In this document: positions 27,781-40,103 of the stretch, one piece after another | Layout: every line of letters begins with the position of its first letter | Numbering within the stretch: position 1 is the first letter of the stretch | Assembly (NCBI GenBank): GCA_951406725.2 | Contig: OX597829.1 | Coordinates: 48,174,001-48,238,000 of the forward strand | Direction: 5' to 3' | Length of the DNA: 64,000 nt | Origin: Octopus vulgaris | Taxonomy: Eukaryota | The notes under the pieces: generated by a model | What the model was told of the DNA's origin: nothing | The model's input: the letters and a program-made list of their open reading frames with translations, nothing else | Databases searched by the model: none | Made by a program: the position numbers and the translations under genes

Positions 27781-28529
27781 AACACACTGAATTTGTTCTC
27801 TCTCTCTACAAAATTTAACCTTAGGCTGCCTCAAGCCGTAATCCCATCTCTTCCCATCTTTCCGCCAGTGGCGGTGCGCCCGCCCCCCCACCCCCACCAC
27901 CAATACCGATGAACATTGTTCTCACCCCCACCACCAATACCGGTGAACACTGTTCTCACCGCCACCACCAATACCAGTATACCCAGTTCTCACCATCTAC
28001 ACCGGATACGCCTTACTCATCTACACCGGGTACGCCCTACTCCCTCCTCCCCCCACTACCCCTTCTCCTCATATGCTTTCACTGTGAAAAGACAAGCTGC
28101 TAGCGCCATAGCTCATCAACTGCCCTGCTAGCGCCATAGCTCATCAACTGCCCACCGATCTTACGCTTCCTCCTGACACTGCCTCATTCCGACCATCCCC
28201 TTTAGTACCCTCCCGCCTCGTAATATCCTACGTTTTTATTTCTTAGGAACCTACACCAACCCTTCCTGCCATCGTTCCTCCTTACCCCAACCTTCCCACT
28301 GGTTGCTCCCCTATATTACCCGCCTCAACTGGACCCCCCCTCCCCAACTCAACTCTAGAATATCTGTATTTCTTTCCTCTACCTAATTACGTTACTCAGT
28401 GACGATAAATGCTGTGACTACAAAGACCCGGGCTGCTTTCTGCAGCAATTCCACATACCCCCTACCCATTCTAAGTACCCCGGATCCCCAAAGTACCCTG
28501 GATCCCCAAAGTACCCCGGACCTCGTTGC

Positions 28530-28793
28530 CCCCGTGCCGCTGACACGTTAAAATGCTCGAACCGATCGTGACGATGCCGGACCCTCCGGCCCCTGTGCAG
28601 GTGGCACGTAAAAAGCACCCAATCCACTCACGGAGTGGTTGGCGTTAGGAAGGGCATCCAGCCGTAGAAACTCTGCCAGATTCAGACTGGAGCCTGGTGC
28701 GGCCCCTGGCTTCCCAGACCCGGTCAAACCGTCCAACCCGTGCTAGCGCGGAAAGCGGACGTTAAACGATGATGATGATGATGATGATGATGA
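28530..28793 (+). mobile_element. Family A repeat, CpG-rich copy
   Basis: Conserved core and (GAT)n tail. Confidence 0.9.
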
Positions 28794-29049
28794 TTGAATT
28801 GTTCTTATCCTGTAAACATACACCAGGTATGACAGACAACACCAAATATTGTTCTTGATTGCCATAAGAAGGCATGCAACCTGCTGACAGCCAGGGCCTC
28901 CATGGGAAAGAGAAATTCTGCAAGATGCAAGCAAGCATGGCTGTGTTGTTGAGAATTTGAAAGGCACATTTTGCAACCATGCGGTTTTGGGGTCAGCCCT
29001 TCTCTGTAACACCACCTTGGCAAGCAGGTAGAGTTAGGGAAGTGGAATA

Positions 29050-29195
<146 letters not shown>

Positions 29196-29439
29196 CATAG
29201 TGCATGGTGTGAGATAATTTGGTGGACGAGGTGGTGTGCAGAATGGCTAATGTGACATGTGGGTGTGGAGAAGAATGTTAATGGATGAAGAATTGCTAAT
29301 TAATGAAATGGTTCTGGGGGTAGCAAGAAAGGAAAAATGGTATCAAGAATTGGGGGGAGGGAACTGTAATGGGGGAGATGTAGGAGGAGGGGAATGATTG
29401 ATTGAGGTTCCTATATATGTATATTAAATATACATATCG

Positions 29440-29786
29440 TCGTCGTAGTCATCATCATCATCATCATCGTTTAACGTCCGTTGTCCATGCTGGCATGGGT
29501 TGGACGGTTTGACTGAACTGGCATGCTGGATGGCTGCATCAGACTCCAATCTGATTTGGTATGGTTTTCTATGGCTGAATGCCCTTCCTAATGCCAACCA
29601 CTCTGAGAGTGTAATGGGTGCTTTTATGTGCCACCAGCATGGGTGCCATTTGTATGACACTAGGGTGCTTTTATGTGCCACTGGCACGGGTGCCAATTTG
29701 CATGATACAGGTATCTACCATGACTGCAATTTTGCTCAGCTTGATGTGTCTTCGTCTCAGGCATGAGATAATGCCAAAGGTCTCAG

Positions 29787-29790
<4 letters not shown>
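29440..29790 (-). mobile_element. Family A repeat running into an RTE ORF C-terminus
   Basis: Minus strand ~29745-29790 reads D*DLWHYLMPETKT, similar to the RTE end at ~58370. Confidence 0.7.
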
Positions 29791-29835
<45 letters not shown>

Positions 29836-29849
29836 CATATATATATAAA

Positions 29850-30604
29850 CTAGCAGTATCGCCCGGCGTTGCTCGGGTTTGTAAGGGAAATAACTATATA
29901 AGCATTTTTAGAGAGTTATAGCCAAAAAATAGCAAAAAAATGCATTAAAAATGGGAAAAAAATGATTTTTTAAATCGTTGACTCATCGTAGACATTTTTA
30001 GAGAGTTACTTCCCTTATATAATAGCGAAAAAATGCATTAAAATGGAAAAAAATGATGGTAAATGTTTTTTAAAATCTTAGACTAATCGTAGACGCACGC
30101 TAATACCCAGAAGGGCTTGATATGAATCACGACTATAAGATACCCGGTTACACTGCACCGCAAAATGTGGGAGTAGTTAGGAATCTAAACCGTAGGAGAC
30201 AGACACACAACTTCACTTTTATATATAAACTAGCAGTATCGCCCGGCGTTGCTCGGGTTTGTAAGGGAAATAACTATAAAGCATTTTTAGATAGTTATAG
30301 CCAAAATATGGGGGAAAAATGATGGTAAATTTTTTTTGAGAGTTAAAAAGGTGGAGTTGCGTCCCCTAGACAGTCTGTTGTTTGTGTTTCTGATTATCGA
30401 CCCCATGTCGAATTTATCGATTTTTTTCAGAACTGGGGGAACTTTTCAAAATTTTCGCTGCGTTAGTTTTGAATTATGACATTGGGCTATGTGTGTGTCA
30501 AGTTTCATCAGAATCGGTTGAAAGCCGTGGTCAGGGTGAGGGTACAAGCAAACAGACACACAGAAACACGCACAGACAAACTGCCGTTTATATATAGAGA
30601 GAGA
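29850..30604 (-). mobile_element. Two adjacent non-autonomous Helitron-like elements (29850-30227 and 30230-30604)
   Basis: Each ends on the minus strand in a subterminal hairpin (plus strand cccggcgttgctcggg) then CTAG followed by T; 5' TC preceded by A at ~30604. Confidence 0.75.
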
Positions 30605-30717
30605 TATATATATATATGTACACACTCACACACAAATATACAATATATATATATTAGAATATGAATTAAAAGCAGCCCAAGGGATATATACAATACTGAA
30701 CACACATACACAAGGTA

Positions 30718-30812
30718 TGTGTTTTGCTAGTTCATGGATAGGTTGCGTTTACAAGAGAATATATTCTCTTATGCCTTTAAGCACAGCCTATCCATGAACT
30801 AGCAAAAACACA
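30718..30812. repeat. Inverted repeat, ~29-bp arms with internal hairpin
   Basis: atgtgttttgctagttcatggataggttg versus cagcctatccatgaactagcaaaaacacat; spacer holds aagagaatatattctctt. Confidence 0.85.
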
Positions 30813-30936
30813 TATACATAGAACACACACACACATACATGTACACATGTACACACACACATGCATACACACACACACACACACAGGTATATTTAAATAT
30901 ACATACAATATATATGCATGCAGTGCTTCCAGGATG

Positions 30937-31272
30937 TGAAGGCGCATGGCTCAGTGGTTAGAGCGTCGAGCTTGTGATCGTGAGGTTGTGAGTTTGAATC
31001 CCTGACCGGGCTGCGTGTTGTGTTCTTGAGAAAGACACTTTATTTCACATTGCTCCAGTTCACTCAGCTGTAGAAATGAATTGCAAGGTCACTGGTTCCA
31101 AGCTGTATCGGCCCCTTTGCCTTTCCCTTGGATAACACTGGTGGCATGGAAAGAGGAGGCCAGTATGCATGGGCAACTGCTAGTCTTCCATAAACGACCT
31201 TGCCCAGACTTGTGCCTGGGAGGGTAACTTTCTAGGTGCCATCCCATGGTCAGTCATAACCGATGGGGGTCC
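30937..31272 (+). mobile_element. SINE family E
   Basis: Full-length match to 16144. Confidence 0.85.
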
Positions 31273-31279
31273 CAGCAGT

Positions 31280-32270
31280 CAGCTTCCAGGATTCAATTTT
31301 ACTGTGATTGGGGGTCTTCTTGAGAACTCTGTTTTGCCAGATATCCCAGTCTTTTGTTATTTCATCTTTGAGGTTTAGGGTCCTGAGGTCAGCCTTCGCC
31401 ACTTCATCCCATGTCCTCCTGAGTTTCCCTGATCTCCAAGCTTCAACCATGTTCAAAGACTAGTACTTCTTTATACATATACATCATATACTTCTTCATC
31501 ATAGGTGCAGGAGTGGCTGTGTGGTAAGTAGCTTGCTAACCAACCACATGGTTCCGGGTTCAGTCCCACTGCGTGGCATCTTGGGCAAGTGTCTTCTGCT
31601 ATAGCCCCGGGCCCGACCAATGCCTTGTGAGTGGATTTGGTAGACGGAAACTGAAAGAAGCCTGTCGTATATATGTATATATGTATATATATGTCGGTGG
31701 CACATATCACCCACTACACTCTCGGAGTGGTTGGCGTTATCCAGCTGTAGAAACACTGCCATCTGACTGGCCTGGTGCAGCCTATATAGCATGGAAAGCG
31801 GACGTATGATGATGATGATGATGATATATATGTGTGTGTGTATGTGTGTGTATTTGTGAGTCTGTGTTTGTCCCCCTAACATTGCACGACAACCGATGCT
31901 GGTGTGTTTATCTCCCCGTTACTTAGCGGTTCGGCAAAAAGAGACCGATAGAATAAGTACTGGGCTTACAAAAGAATAAGTCCCGGGGTCGAGTTGCTCG
32001 ATTAAAGGCGGTGCTCCAGCATGGCCGCAGTCAAATGACTGAAACAAGTAGTAAAGAGTGTATGTGTCTGTACTAGTACAGTCTTTTTTCTTGTATACTA
32101 TATCGGATTCCTTTTATGCCCTGTCTTTTTCTCAGCACAGTTATTCTACGACATTCAAGCACTCTTACATTGCGCATCCAACAGAGTATGCTCATTTCAT
32201 TTCTTTCCAATCTTCTCATGTCCTCTGTGTTCAAGACCCACATCTCACTATCAAACAGCATTGCCTGTCT
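31280..32270 (-). mobile_element. RTE-clade LINE fragment split by SINE B (31502-32057), which contains a family A piece (31693-31825)
   Basis: AMLFDSEMWVLNTEDMRRLERNEMSILCWM and RSGKLRRTWDEVAKADL..DIWQ are RTE C-terminal motifs. Confidence 0.8.
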
Positions 32271-32455
32271 TGTTAACAAGTTACTTGGAAACCCCACCAG
32301 TGCTGTGGGCACAAAGAAACCATCTAGTATATAGACTGTCACGTTTTTGGTTTTTAGTAAGAGCATCCAACCATAGAAAACATTCAAAAACTAATATTGG
32401 AGTTCAATGCCACTCAGGAGCTTGTTGGATCCTTTAAAACTTTCCTGCTCATGAT

Positions 32456-33129
32456 AAAATGGAAAAAGGGACATTAAATAATAATAATGATGATGATGAT
32501 GATATGTATATATAAGTTCAAATAAAGGTTACAAACCTCATTAAGGGATGATAAAATCTAATGAAAATACTGGTTAATTACCTATTTAAAAAGTGTTAAA
32601 TATTACAATTGGTTAATTACCTATTTAAAAAGTGTTAAATATTACAATGTCCAACTAAAATGGAAAAAGGGACATTAAATAATAATAATGATGATGATGA
32701 TATGTATATATAAGTTTAAATAAAGGTTACAAACCTCATTAAGGGATGATAAATCTAGTGAAAATACTGGTTAATTACCTATTTAAAAGTGTTAAATATT
32801 ACAATGTCCAACTAAAATGGAAAAAGGACATTAAATAATAATAATGATGATGATGATATGTATATATAAGTTTAAATAAAGGTTACAAACCTCATTAAGG
32901 GATGATAAAATCTAATGAAAATACTGGTTAATTACCTATTTAAAAAGTGTTAAATATTACAATGTCCAACTAAAATGGAAAAAGGACATTAAATAATAAT
33001 AATGATGATGATGATATGTATATATAAGTTCAAATAAAGGTTACAAACCTCATTAAGGGATGATAAAATCCAATGAAAATACTGGTTAATTACCTATTTA
33101 AAAAGTGTTAAATATTACAATATCCAACT
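32456..33129. repeat. Tandem repeat, four units of ~158 bp
   Basis: Units start at 32456, 32657, 32814 and 32972; the first has an extra ~38-bp duplication. Confidence 0.95.
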
Positions 33130-33869
33130 GCAAGGTAACTAGATAATCCATGGTTTATATATATTTAAAGAAGATGAATTTTGAAATATATAAGAAGTAT
33201 AAAAAAAGCCACATTTATGGGACAACCCAATAGAATATGGATTTCAGTTTTTACAGCTATGTGTTCTTAATATGTGTCTTTGGAAGCATAATCATTCTGT
33301 TACAGGATTTTTAACAATTTAAACAAGAAATTCAAATTTTTCGGTTCCTGCTGATATTCTGGTATAAATATTTTTGTAAATATATTTTCTGTTGCTCTCT
33401 CATTAATCTTTTATTTTTTCCTCTCCCTGTAGTATAAATAACAGAAAAGTAATTCTAAAAAAATTATCTTTAAGCAGGAGTGACTTCCCTTGAATGTATT
33501 CTTCTCACACACACACACACACACACTCTCTCTCTCTCTCTCTTGTTCTGTCTCTCTGTCTCTCTCTCTTTCTTTCTCTCTCACTTTCTCTCTCTCTCTT
33601 TTTTCTCTCTCTCTTTTTCTCTCTGTCTCAAACTGTGTGTTTGTGTGTGTCTGTGTGTGTACATGCGTGCATGTGTGTACATGTGTCTGTATGTATGATA
33701 TATATATATATATATATATATATTTGTATATATTCACACACACATATACACATGTACATGCACACACACACATTCCCACACATACACACATAAATATACA
33801 TACATACATGTTTATATGTATGTATGTAATGAACGTATATACACTTCACAAATATATATATATATAAGG

Positions 33870-34437
33870 CAAGGAAGAAAATGGAAAAGATATTCAATTG
33901 ACAAACATCAGCAAGATCTATTTATTAATTACAATCATAGAAATAAATAAATAAATACAATTCTACTCTTAGAGCTGTTTCTACTTTGGGGGTTCAGCAT
34001 GCCAAAGTTGACACATCGTACAAAAATTATACAAAATTTGAACCCAAAGCTTCATCAGAGAGTCCATAACTTCATACAAAAATTATACAAAAATTGAACC
34101 CAAAGCTTCATCAGAGAGTCCATAATGGTAAGAATTAAAATAGCAAAAAGTAAAATAGTAAAAAAAATAGTAAAAACGTGACGTCCAAGGTTATATCCAG
34201 AGGTTGTGAGATCACACCTTATTTCAATTTTTGATGGGGGGAGATAGTAAAGATAAATGTATAATTTTTGTATGATGTGTTGACTTTGGCATGCTGGACC
34301 CCCAAAGCAGAAACACCTGTAAGAGTAGAGTTGTATTCATTTATTTATATATTTATTTATTTATTCCTATGATTATAATTAATAAATAGATCTTGCTGAT
34401 GTTTGTCAATCGAATATCTTCTCCATTTTCTTCCTTG
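33870..34437. mobile_element. Penelope-like terminal-repeat remnant with inverted arms (33870-34033 and 34258-34437) and a partial direct duplication
   Basis: ~165-180-bp inverted arms; tandem partial copy at ~34072-34126; contains a hammerhead motif. Confidence 0.6.
33965..34063 (-). ncRNA. Type I hammerhead ribozyme motif with long helix II
   Basis: actct-CTGATGA-a-gctttggg...cccaaagt-a-GAAAC-agct-CTA-agagt; perfect 5-bp helix I; sister arm reads GAAAC-acct-GTA-agagt, giving a consensus palindrome ACAGCTGT. Confidence 0.7.
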
Positions 34438-34654
34438 ATTTATATAAATTCTGAATAAACTTTTGTTTTCCTTCTACACATACCTATTATTCAATTGCAC
34501 TATTATTGCCTTGCAACAGTAAGCATTTGGATATAAATAGGTATCCCTTTTGTGGCGTTAAACCAAGTTGAGAAGGAATTAAAAAGATTGGAAAACATGG
34601 AGATAATTGCAAAAGTAGACTACTCTGAGTGAGCAGCTCCTACGGTATATATAT

Positions 34655-34881
34655 ATTTCTTTACTACCCACAAGGGGCTAAACACAGAGGGGACAAACGA
34701 GGACAGACAAACGGATTAAGTCGATTATATCGACCCCAGTGTGTAACTGGTTTTTAATTTATCGACCCCGAAAGGATGAAAGGCAAAGTCGACCCCGGCG
34801 GAATTTGAACTCAGAAAGTAACGGCAGACGAAATACGGCTACGCATTTCGCCCGGCGTGCTAACATTTCTGCCAGCTCGCC
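34655..34881 (-). mobile_element. SINE C inserted in Gypsy RT
   Basis: TSD cggtatatata at 34643-34653 and 34881-34891; RT reading continues across it (AAPTVY/IKKKN). Confidence 0.9.
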
Positions 34882-35257
34882 GGTATATATAAAAAAGAAG
34901 AACAACGAAATAAGAGTATGTGTGGACTTCTCAACTGGTCTTAATGGTTGTTTAAAAAAATTACAATTATCCGCTTCCAAACCCAGAAGAAATATTTGCT
35001 AAGTGCAATGGTGGGAAAAATTTTTCCAAGCTGGATTTCTTAGAGGCCTACCTCCAATTACTGTCAGATGAAGAATGTGCTAAAGTATTAACAATCAATA
35101 CTCATAAAGGTCTGTACCATTTCAAAAGACTGCCATTTGGGGTTAAGGTCGCACCAGCAATATTTCAGCAAGTGGTGGATACTATGCTAGCAGATTGTGA
35201 GTTCACAGTTCCATACTTGGATGACATATTGATCAAAAGTGAATCAAGGGACCAACA

Positions 35258-35535
35258 GGAAACTACCACCTGCATCATCTCTTGTGAAAGGTAGGAGAGT
35301 CCAGTTTGCTGGACATTGTTGTAGAGCTGAAAAAGAGGTAATTTCTACTCTTCTCCTCTGGAAGCCATCTACTCGCAATACCAGAGGGCGCACACTCTCC
35401 TACCCTGATGTAATCTCCAAGGATACAGGCATCTAGCAACAGGACCTCCGTAATGCTATGATGGACTGTGAAGTCTGGCGTAGCATGGTAAATTCCATTG
35501 TCTCGACCACGGTCGAACAATGATGATGATGATGA
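35258..35535 (+). mobile_element. RTE-like LINE 3' fragment inserted in Gypsy RT
   Basis: RRVQFAGHCCRAEKEVISTLLLWKP..RGR..MMDCEVWRSMV with a (TGA)n tail; splits pol at DQH/IEHIEE. Confidence 0.85.
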
Positions 35536-36565
35536 TATTGAACACATAGAAGAGGTTTTCAAACAAATAAGCAATTATGGGTTTAAGGTAAGTGAGCATA
35601 AACGTGAATTTTTTTTAACAAAAATAAAGTACTCAGGACAGGTGATTGATAAAAATGGACAAAAACCAGACCCTTCTGGGATCAACACAATAAAAAAATG
35701 CCTGCTTCCACTAACAAAACAACACTACAAGCATTTTTAGGTCAAGTAAGTTATTACCAGTTGTACATACCCAAAACGTATGAGCTAAGAGCTCCGTTGA
35801 ACAAGTTGCTAAAGAAGGATTTGAAATGGAATTGGACAAACTAATGTCAGAAAGCATTTGAGGAATTAAAAAAGCAGTTAACATCAGAGTTATCATTAAC
35901 TCATTTTGACCCAAACCTGAAAATAATTGTGGCATCGGATGCCTGTGAATATGGTATAGGAGCTGTGATATTGCATAAATTTAATGATTGTAAAATCAAA
36001 GCTATTGCACATGCATTGAGAGTTCTATTACCAGCAGAAAGAAACTACAGCCAGATTGAAAAAGAAGCATTGTCATTAATCTTCGCAGTAAAAAAAATTC
36101 CATAAATTCTTACATGGGAGGAAGTTTACACTACAAACGGATCACCAACCGTTATTGTCTATTTTTGGTTCGAAAAGGGTATCCCCATGCACTCAGCAAA
36201 CCGCTTACAGCATTGGAGGATTACTATGTTGAACTACGATTTCCAGATGGAGTTTTTGGTATCAATGAAAATGGGACACGCTGACAGGTTGGCTAGACTA
36301 ATTCCAAAATATGAGGAACCTTTTGAAGACATGGTGATTGCATTGTTAAAACTAGAAATAGAACTGAAAAACATTTTGAGTAATGTAGTATAGGATTTGC
36401 CGGTAACACTGAAACAAATTAAATTGGAATCAGGAAAAGATAGGTTCATAAACGAGATTTAAAAAATGTTGAGTAACATGAAATATATAAATGAGCAAGA
36501 TGCTGGTTCAAAGCACTATTCAGTATGTGATGAGGTATTATTATATGCACAAGGACTAGTAATAA

Positions 36566-37627
36566 GTGCTGCATTACAGAGTATTAAAAGACTTCCATGT
36601 AGGACATCCGAGGATTGTCCGGCTGAAGAGCCTCATGATGGGTTACGTTTTTTTGCCAAATATGGACAAGCAAATTGAGAGACTGGTAAAACAGTGTAGG
36701 GGATGCGCTATGGCAGCAAAGGTGCGCCCAGTGCAGATTCAAGTGTGGCCAAAAACGGATTCGGCATGGTCTAGACTGCATGTGGATTTTGCAGGACCAA
36801 TAAATGACTCTCATTATATCATTGTGGTGGATAGCTATTCCAAATGGTCTGATGTGTGTAAATGTTCAAGGCCAACCACAAGTGTGACGATTGACTTCTT
36901 GGAAGAATTATTTGCTCGTTATGGGGTGCCAGATATGAGCATGTCAGATAATGGTACACAATTCACAGCAAAGGAGTTTGAAAGATTCTGTAAGTCGGTT
37001 CAGATGAAGCAAGTGTTAACTCCACCATACCATCCAAGGTCAAATGGATTAGCGGAAAGATTTGTCAACACATTCAAGAGAGCCTTAAGGAAGACCAGAT
37101 GGGAAATCCTTGAAGATACAAATATGATAAAGTTTTTGCAGGTGTATAGAATAACACTGAATCCAAATGCAGAGTCGGGTAGGTCACCCACAGATTTGAT
37201 GTTTTCCAGAAAAATTTGTTCTATCTTTGATAAATTGTTGCTGAGTAGGAAACAGAAAATAGAAAATTCGGAAAGAAGAATGAAATTTTTTAACATGGGT
37301 GAGGAAGTGTATTTTCAAATATATAGAAATGGAAAACAGGACTGGGAACAAGGAAGTATAGTTAGATGTCTAGGTAACGTGATGTACATGGTAAAAGGAC
37401 CAAAATATGAACACAGAAGGCATTTAAACCAATTTTTAAAAAAATATACCAAAAACTTAGAGAGGCGAGAGGAACCAATGGATTTATGGTATGATTTGTT
37501 TGAGGTCCCAGAACCACAAGCAGAAGCAGAACCGACACATAAGTCAAACAGGAAGAGAAAACCTACAAAAATGATGGAAATTAATGCTAAGAGAAAAAGA
37601 TATGCTAGTTTCTCACCGAGGAAATAA
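36566..37627 (+). CDS. Gypsy integrase domain, open 353-codon remnant of pol
   Basis: HxxH..CxxC zinc finger; D (LHVDFAGP), D (SDNGTQF), E (SNGLAERFV). Confidence 0.85.
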   Translation: MLHYRVLKDFHVGHPRIVRLKSLMMGYVFLPNMDKQIERLVKQCRGCAMAAKVRPVQIQVWPKTDSAWSRLHVDFAGPINDSHYIIVVDSYSKWSDVCKCSRPTTSVTIDFLEELFARYGVPDMSMSDNGTQFTAKEFERFCKSVQMKQVLTPPYHPRSNGLAERFVNTFKRALRKTRWEILEDTNMIKFLQVYRITLNPNAESGRSPTDLMFSRKICSIFDKLLLSRKQKIENSERRMKFFNMGEEVYFQIYRNGKQDWEQGSIVRCLGNVMYMVKGPKYEHRRHLNQFLKKYTKNLERREEPMDLWYDLFEVPEPQAEAEPTHKSNRKRKPTKMMEINAKRKRYASFSPRK

Positions 37628-37664
37628 AATTGATAAATTCGGGTTTAGAAACAAAAAACATCTT

Positions 37665-37893
37665 AAAAGGGGGAGGTGTTGTGTGGACGCCCCAGATGAT
37701 AAGTAGGCTAGTCCAATACATATGAATAGTGGACATGATAGCTAGTTGTAGAAGTATCGTATAGAGCGAGCCGGAGCTGTCGGTAGACTAGATGCTGAGT
37801 TCTGTTAATTTGAGATGTCAGAAGCGAGAGTTTGGTAGTTGAATAGAGGTACATTATTGGCAAAGGCACACCATCCAAACGTGTGATATAACA
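37665..37893 (+). repeat. Polypurine tract (37665-37676) and 3' LTR (37677-37893)
   Basis: aaaagggggagg immediately followed by TGTT...AACA; the host repeat starts right after. Confidence 0.8.
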
Positions 37894-38137
37894 GTTCCCA
37901 ACTTTGACCCTCCATAAATCCCAAATTTTATTTTGGTACTTATGGGAGCAACTGTCTTCGAAGACTCATATTGTCGTTGATTGTACAAAATGGGGAGGAG
38001 ATAGGCGGCTGACAACTGATGAAGGGTCGTTCTTTGTATTACTTGTCTTGTTTTCCATTTTTTCCCTCATTATTTACGTATTTAACTCATTTGTTTTTGT
38101 ATTTTATGTTGTTTACTGTTGGTGACATCCTGTGCCC
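37894..38137 (+). repeat. Second copy of the 22446 repeat (probable Gypsy insertion target)
   Basis: gttcccaactttgaccctccataaatc..aactgatgaagggtcgttctttg is shared. Confidence 0.8.
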
Positions 38138-38334
38138 ACACACACACACACACACACATAAATATATATTATATTTGAAATTTTATACTTATATCTCTTT
38201 GTCTATTTACCTTTACTGTATATTTTGTATAATGCCTTTACTGATATGTAATGGTGTAATAAAGTATTGATTGGGTATCATCTGATAGTTGATGTTTTAT
38301 TGATTTAAGTATGTTTCTCCATTTTCTAATTTTG

Positions 38335-38371
<37 letters not shown>

Positions 38372-38476
38372 TCTATTATATATATATACATATATATATA
38401 CATTCATATATATATTATTTATATTATATATATATACATACATACATACACACACAAATGTATGTATATATATAAA

Positions 38477-38509
<33 letters not shown>

Positions 38510-38511
<2 letters not shown>

Positions 38512-38760
38512 CATCATCATCATTTAAAATCTGTGTTCCATGCTAGTATGGCTGGGATGGTTCCACAAGAGCCATCCAGGCCAAAGCCTGCACCAAACTT
38601 CTGTGACTGTTTTGGCAGGATTTTTACAGCTGGATGCCCTTCCTAACACCAACCACTCAGCAGAGTGGACTTAGTACTTTTTCCATGGCACAAGCACAAG
38701 AGGGGTCAGTTATGATGGCAAGGTTTTTTTACAGCTGAATGCCCTTCCAAACACCAGCCT
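38510..38760 (-). mobile_element. Family A repeat, diverged
   Basis: Core present twice. Confidence 0.7.
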
Positions 38761-39039
38761 CATTATGCAAAGGCAGAATAAGACAGAGAGAGATGTATAC
38801 GTTTCTATGTATGTGTTGATGTATAAACTTGGTTGACCTGTCCTAAATAATGAAACCCCCAGGAAAATGGTAAAAAAAAAAGAAGAAAAAAGCAACCTTA
38901 CATTTTTGGAACATAAACAAAAAGAAATTGAAACAAAAAATATTTCTTGTGAATACAACAGACATTATAGAGACAGAGTCATAATGTTAACTGAGACATA
39001 GATCTGTGAGTCATAGGGAGACAGTAATATCCGGCTCCA

Positions 39040-39293
39040 TACACACACACACATGCATGAATGTATGTGTGTGTAAGTGTGTGTGTGTGTGTATGTATAT
39101 ATAAATCTATTTATATATATATAAAAATATATATATATATATTATAAAATCTATTTATATATGTATGTGTATATATATATATCTTTATATATATATTTCT
39201 ATGTATATTTCTGTTTCTATGTGTGTGTGTATAGAAACATACATACATACATATATATATGTATGTATGTATGTATGTACACACACACACATA

Positions 39294-39329
<36 letters not shown>

Positions 39330-39348
39330 TGTATGTATGTATGTATGT

Positions 39349-39393
<45 letters not shown>

Positions 39394-39540
39394 TATGATA
39401 TATATATATATATATCTTTATATATATATTTCTATATATATATATTTCTATGTATATTTCTGTTTCTATGTGTGTGTGTATAAATCTGTTTATATTATAT
39501 ATATATGTATGTATGTATGTATGTATGCATGTATGTACGC

Positions 39541-39620
<80 letters not shown>

Positions 39621-39687
39621 CTTTATATATATGTTTCTATCTATGTATGTGTGTATGTGTGTGAGTATATATATATGTATATATGTG

Positions 39688-39747
<60 letters not shown>

Positions 39748-39795
39748 CATACATACATACATACATACATACATACATACATACATACATACATA
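39040..39795. repeat. Compound TA/TATG/GAT/TACA microsatellites with a local duplication
   Basis: Directly visible; tttctatgtatatttctgtttctatgtgtg occurs twice. Confidence 0.9.
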
Positions 39796-40103
39796 CGCAT
39801 AAGCAAAGTAGTCTTTTATCAGAATACTTTTGTTGATGTCAAACAGTACCAACAGCTTGGACCATCAAAGCCTGGTTAATTGGATAAACAAAATATAAAT
39901 AAAAACAAAGAGACAATCGAGGAACAAAAGGATGGAAAAACAAAAAGAGGAAAATAAAAACACAAGAAAATACAAATAAAAAGGATCCCCTGTAGTAAAA
40001 ACAACAATAAGAACTTATGTTTCTCTGTATTTGTGAATAGTTAAGTGGGTTGGCTCGATGTGTTCTTACAAAATATGATAATGGTGATGTTGGTGGTGGT
40101 ATC

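Larger units (their letters stand above)
34541..37893 (+). mobile_element. pol: Ty3/Gypsy LTR retrotransposon (K02A2.6/Mag-like), 5'-truncated, pol disrupted
   Basis: RT (RLPFGVKVAPAIFQ..PYLDDILI), RNase H (IVASDACEYGIGAV..NYSQIEKEAL..TDHQPL) and integrase in Gypsy order; stops and frameshifts; PPT and LTR. Confidence 0.95.

Noticed and set aside
27405-27785. Gly/Asp-rich ORF
   Set aside because: Derived from (GGT)n/(GAT)n repeats
32456-33129. CRISPR-like array
   Set aside because: Whole units repeat with no unique spacers; eukaryotic context and no cas genes
33870-34540. 5' LTR of the Gypsy element
   Set aside because: No match to 37677-37893 upstream; gag, protease and 5' LTR are absent
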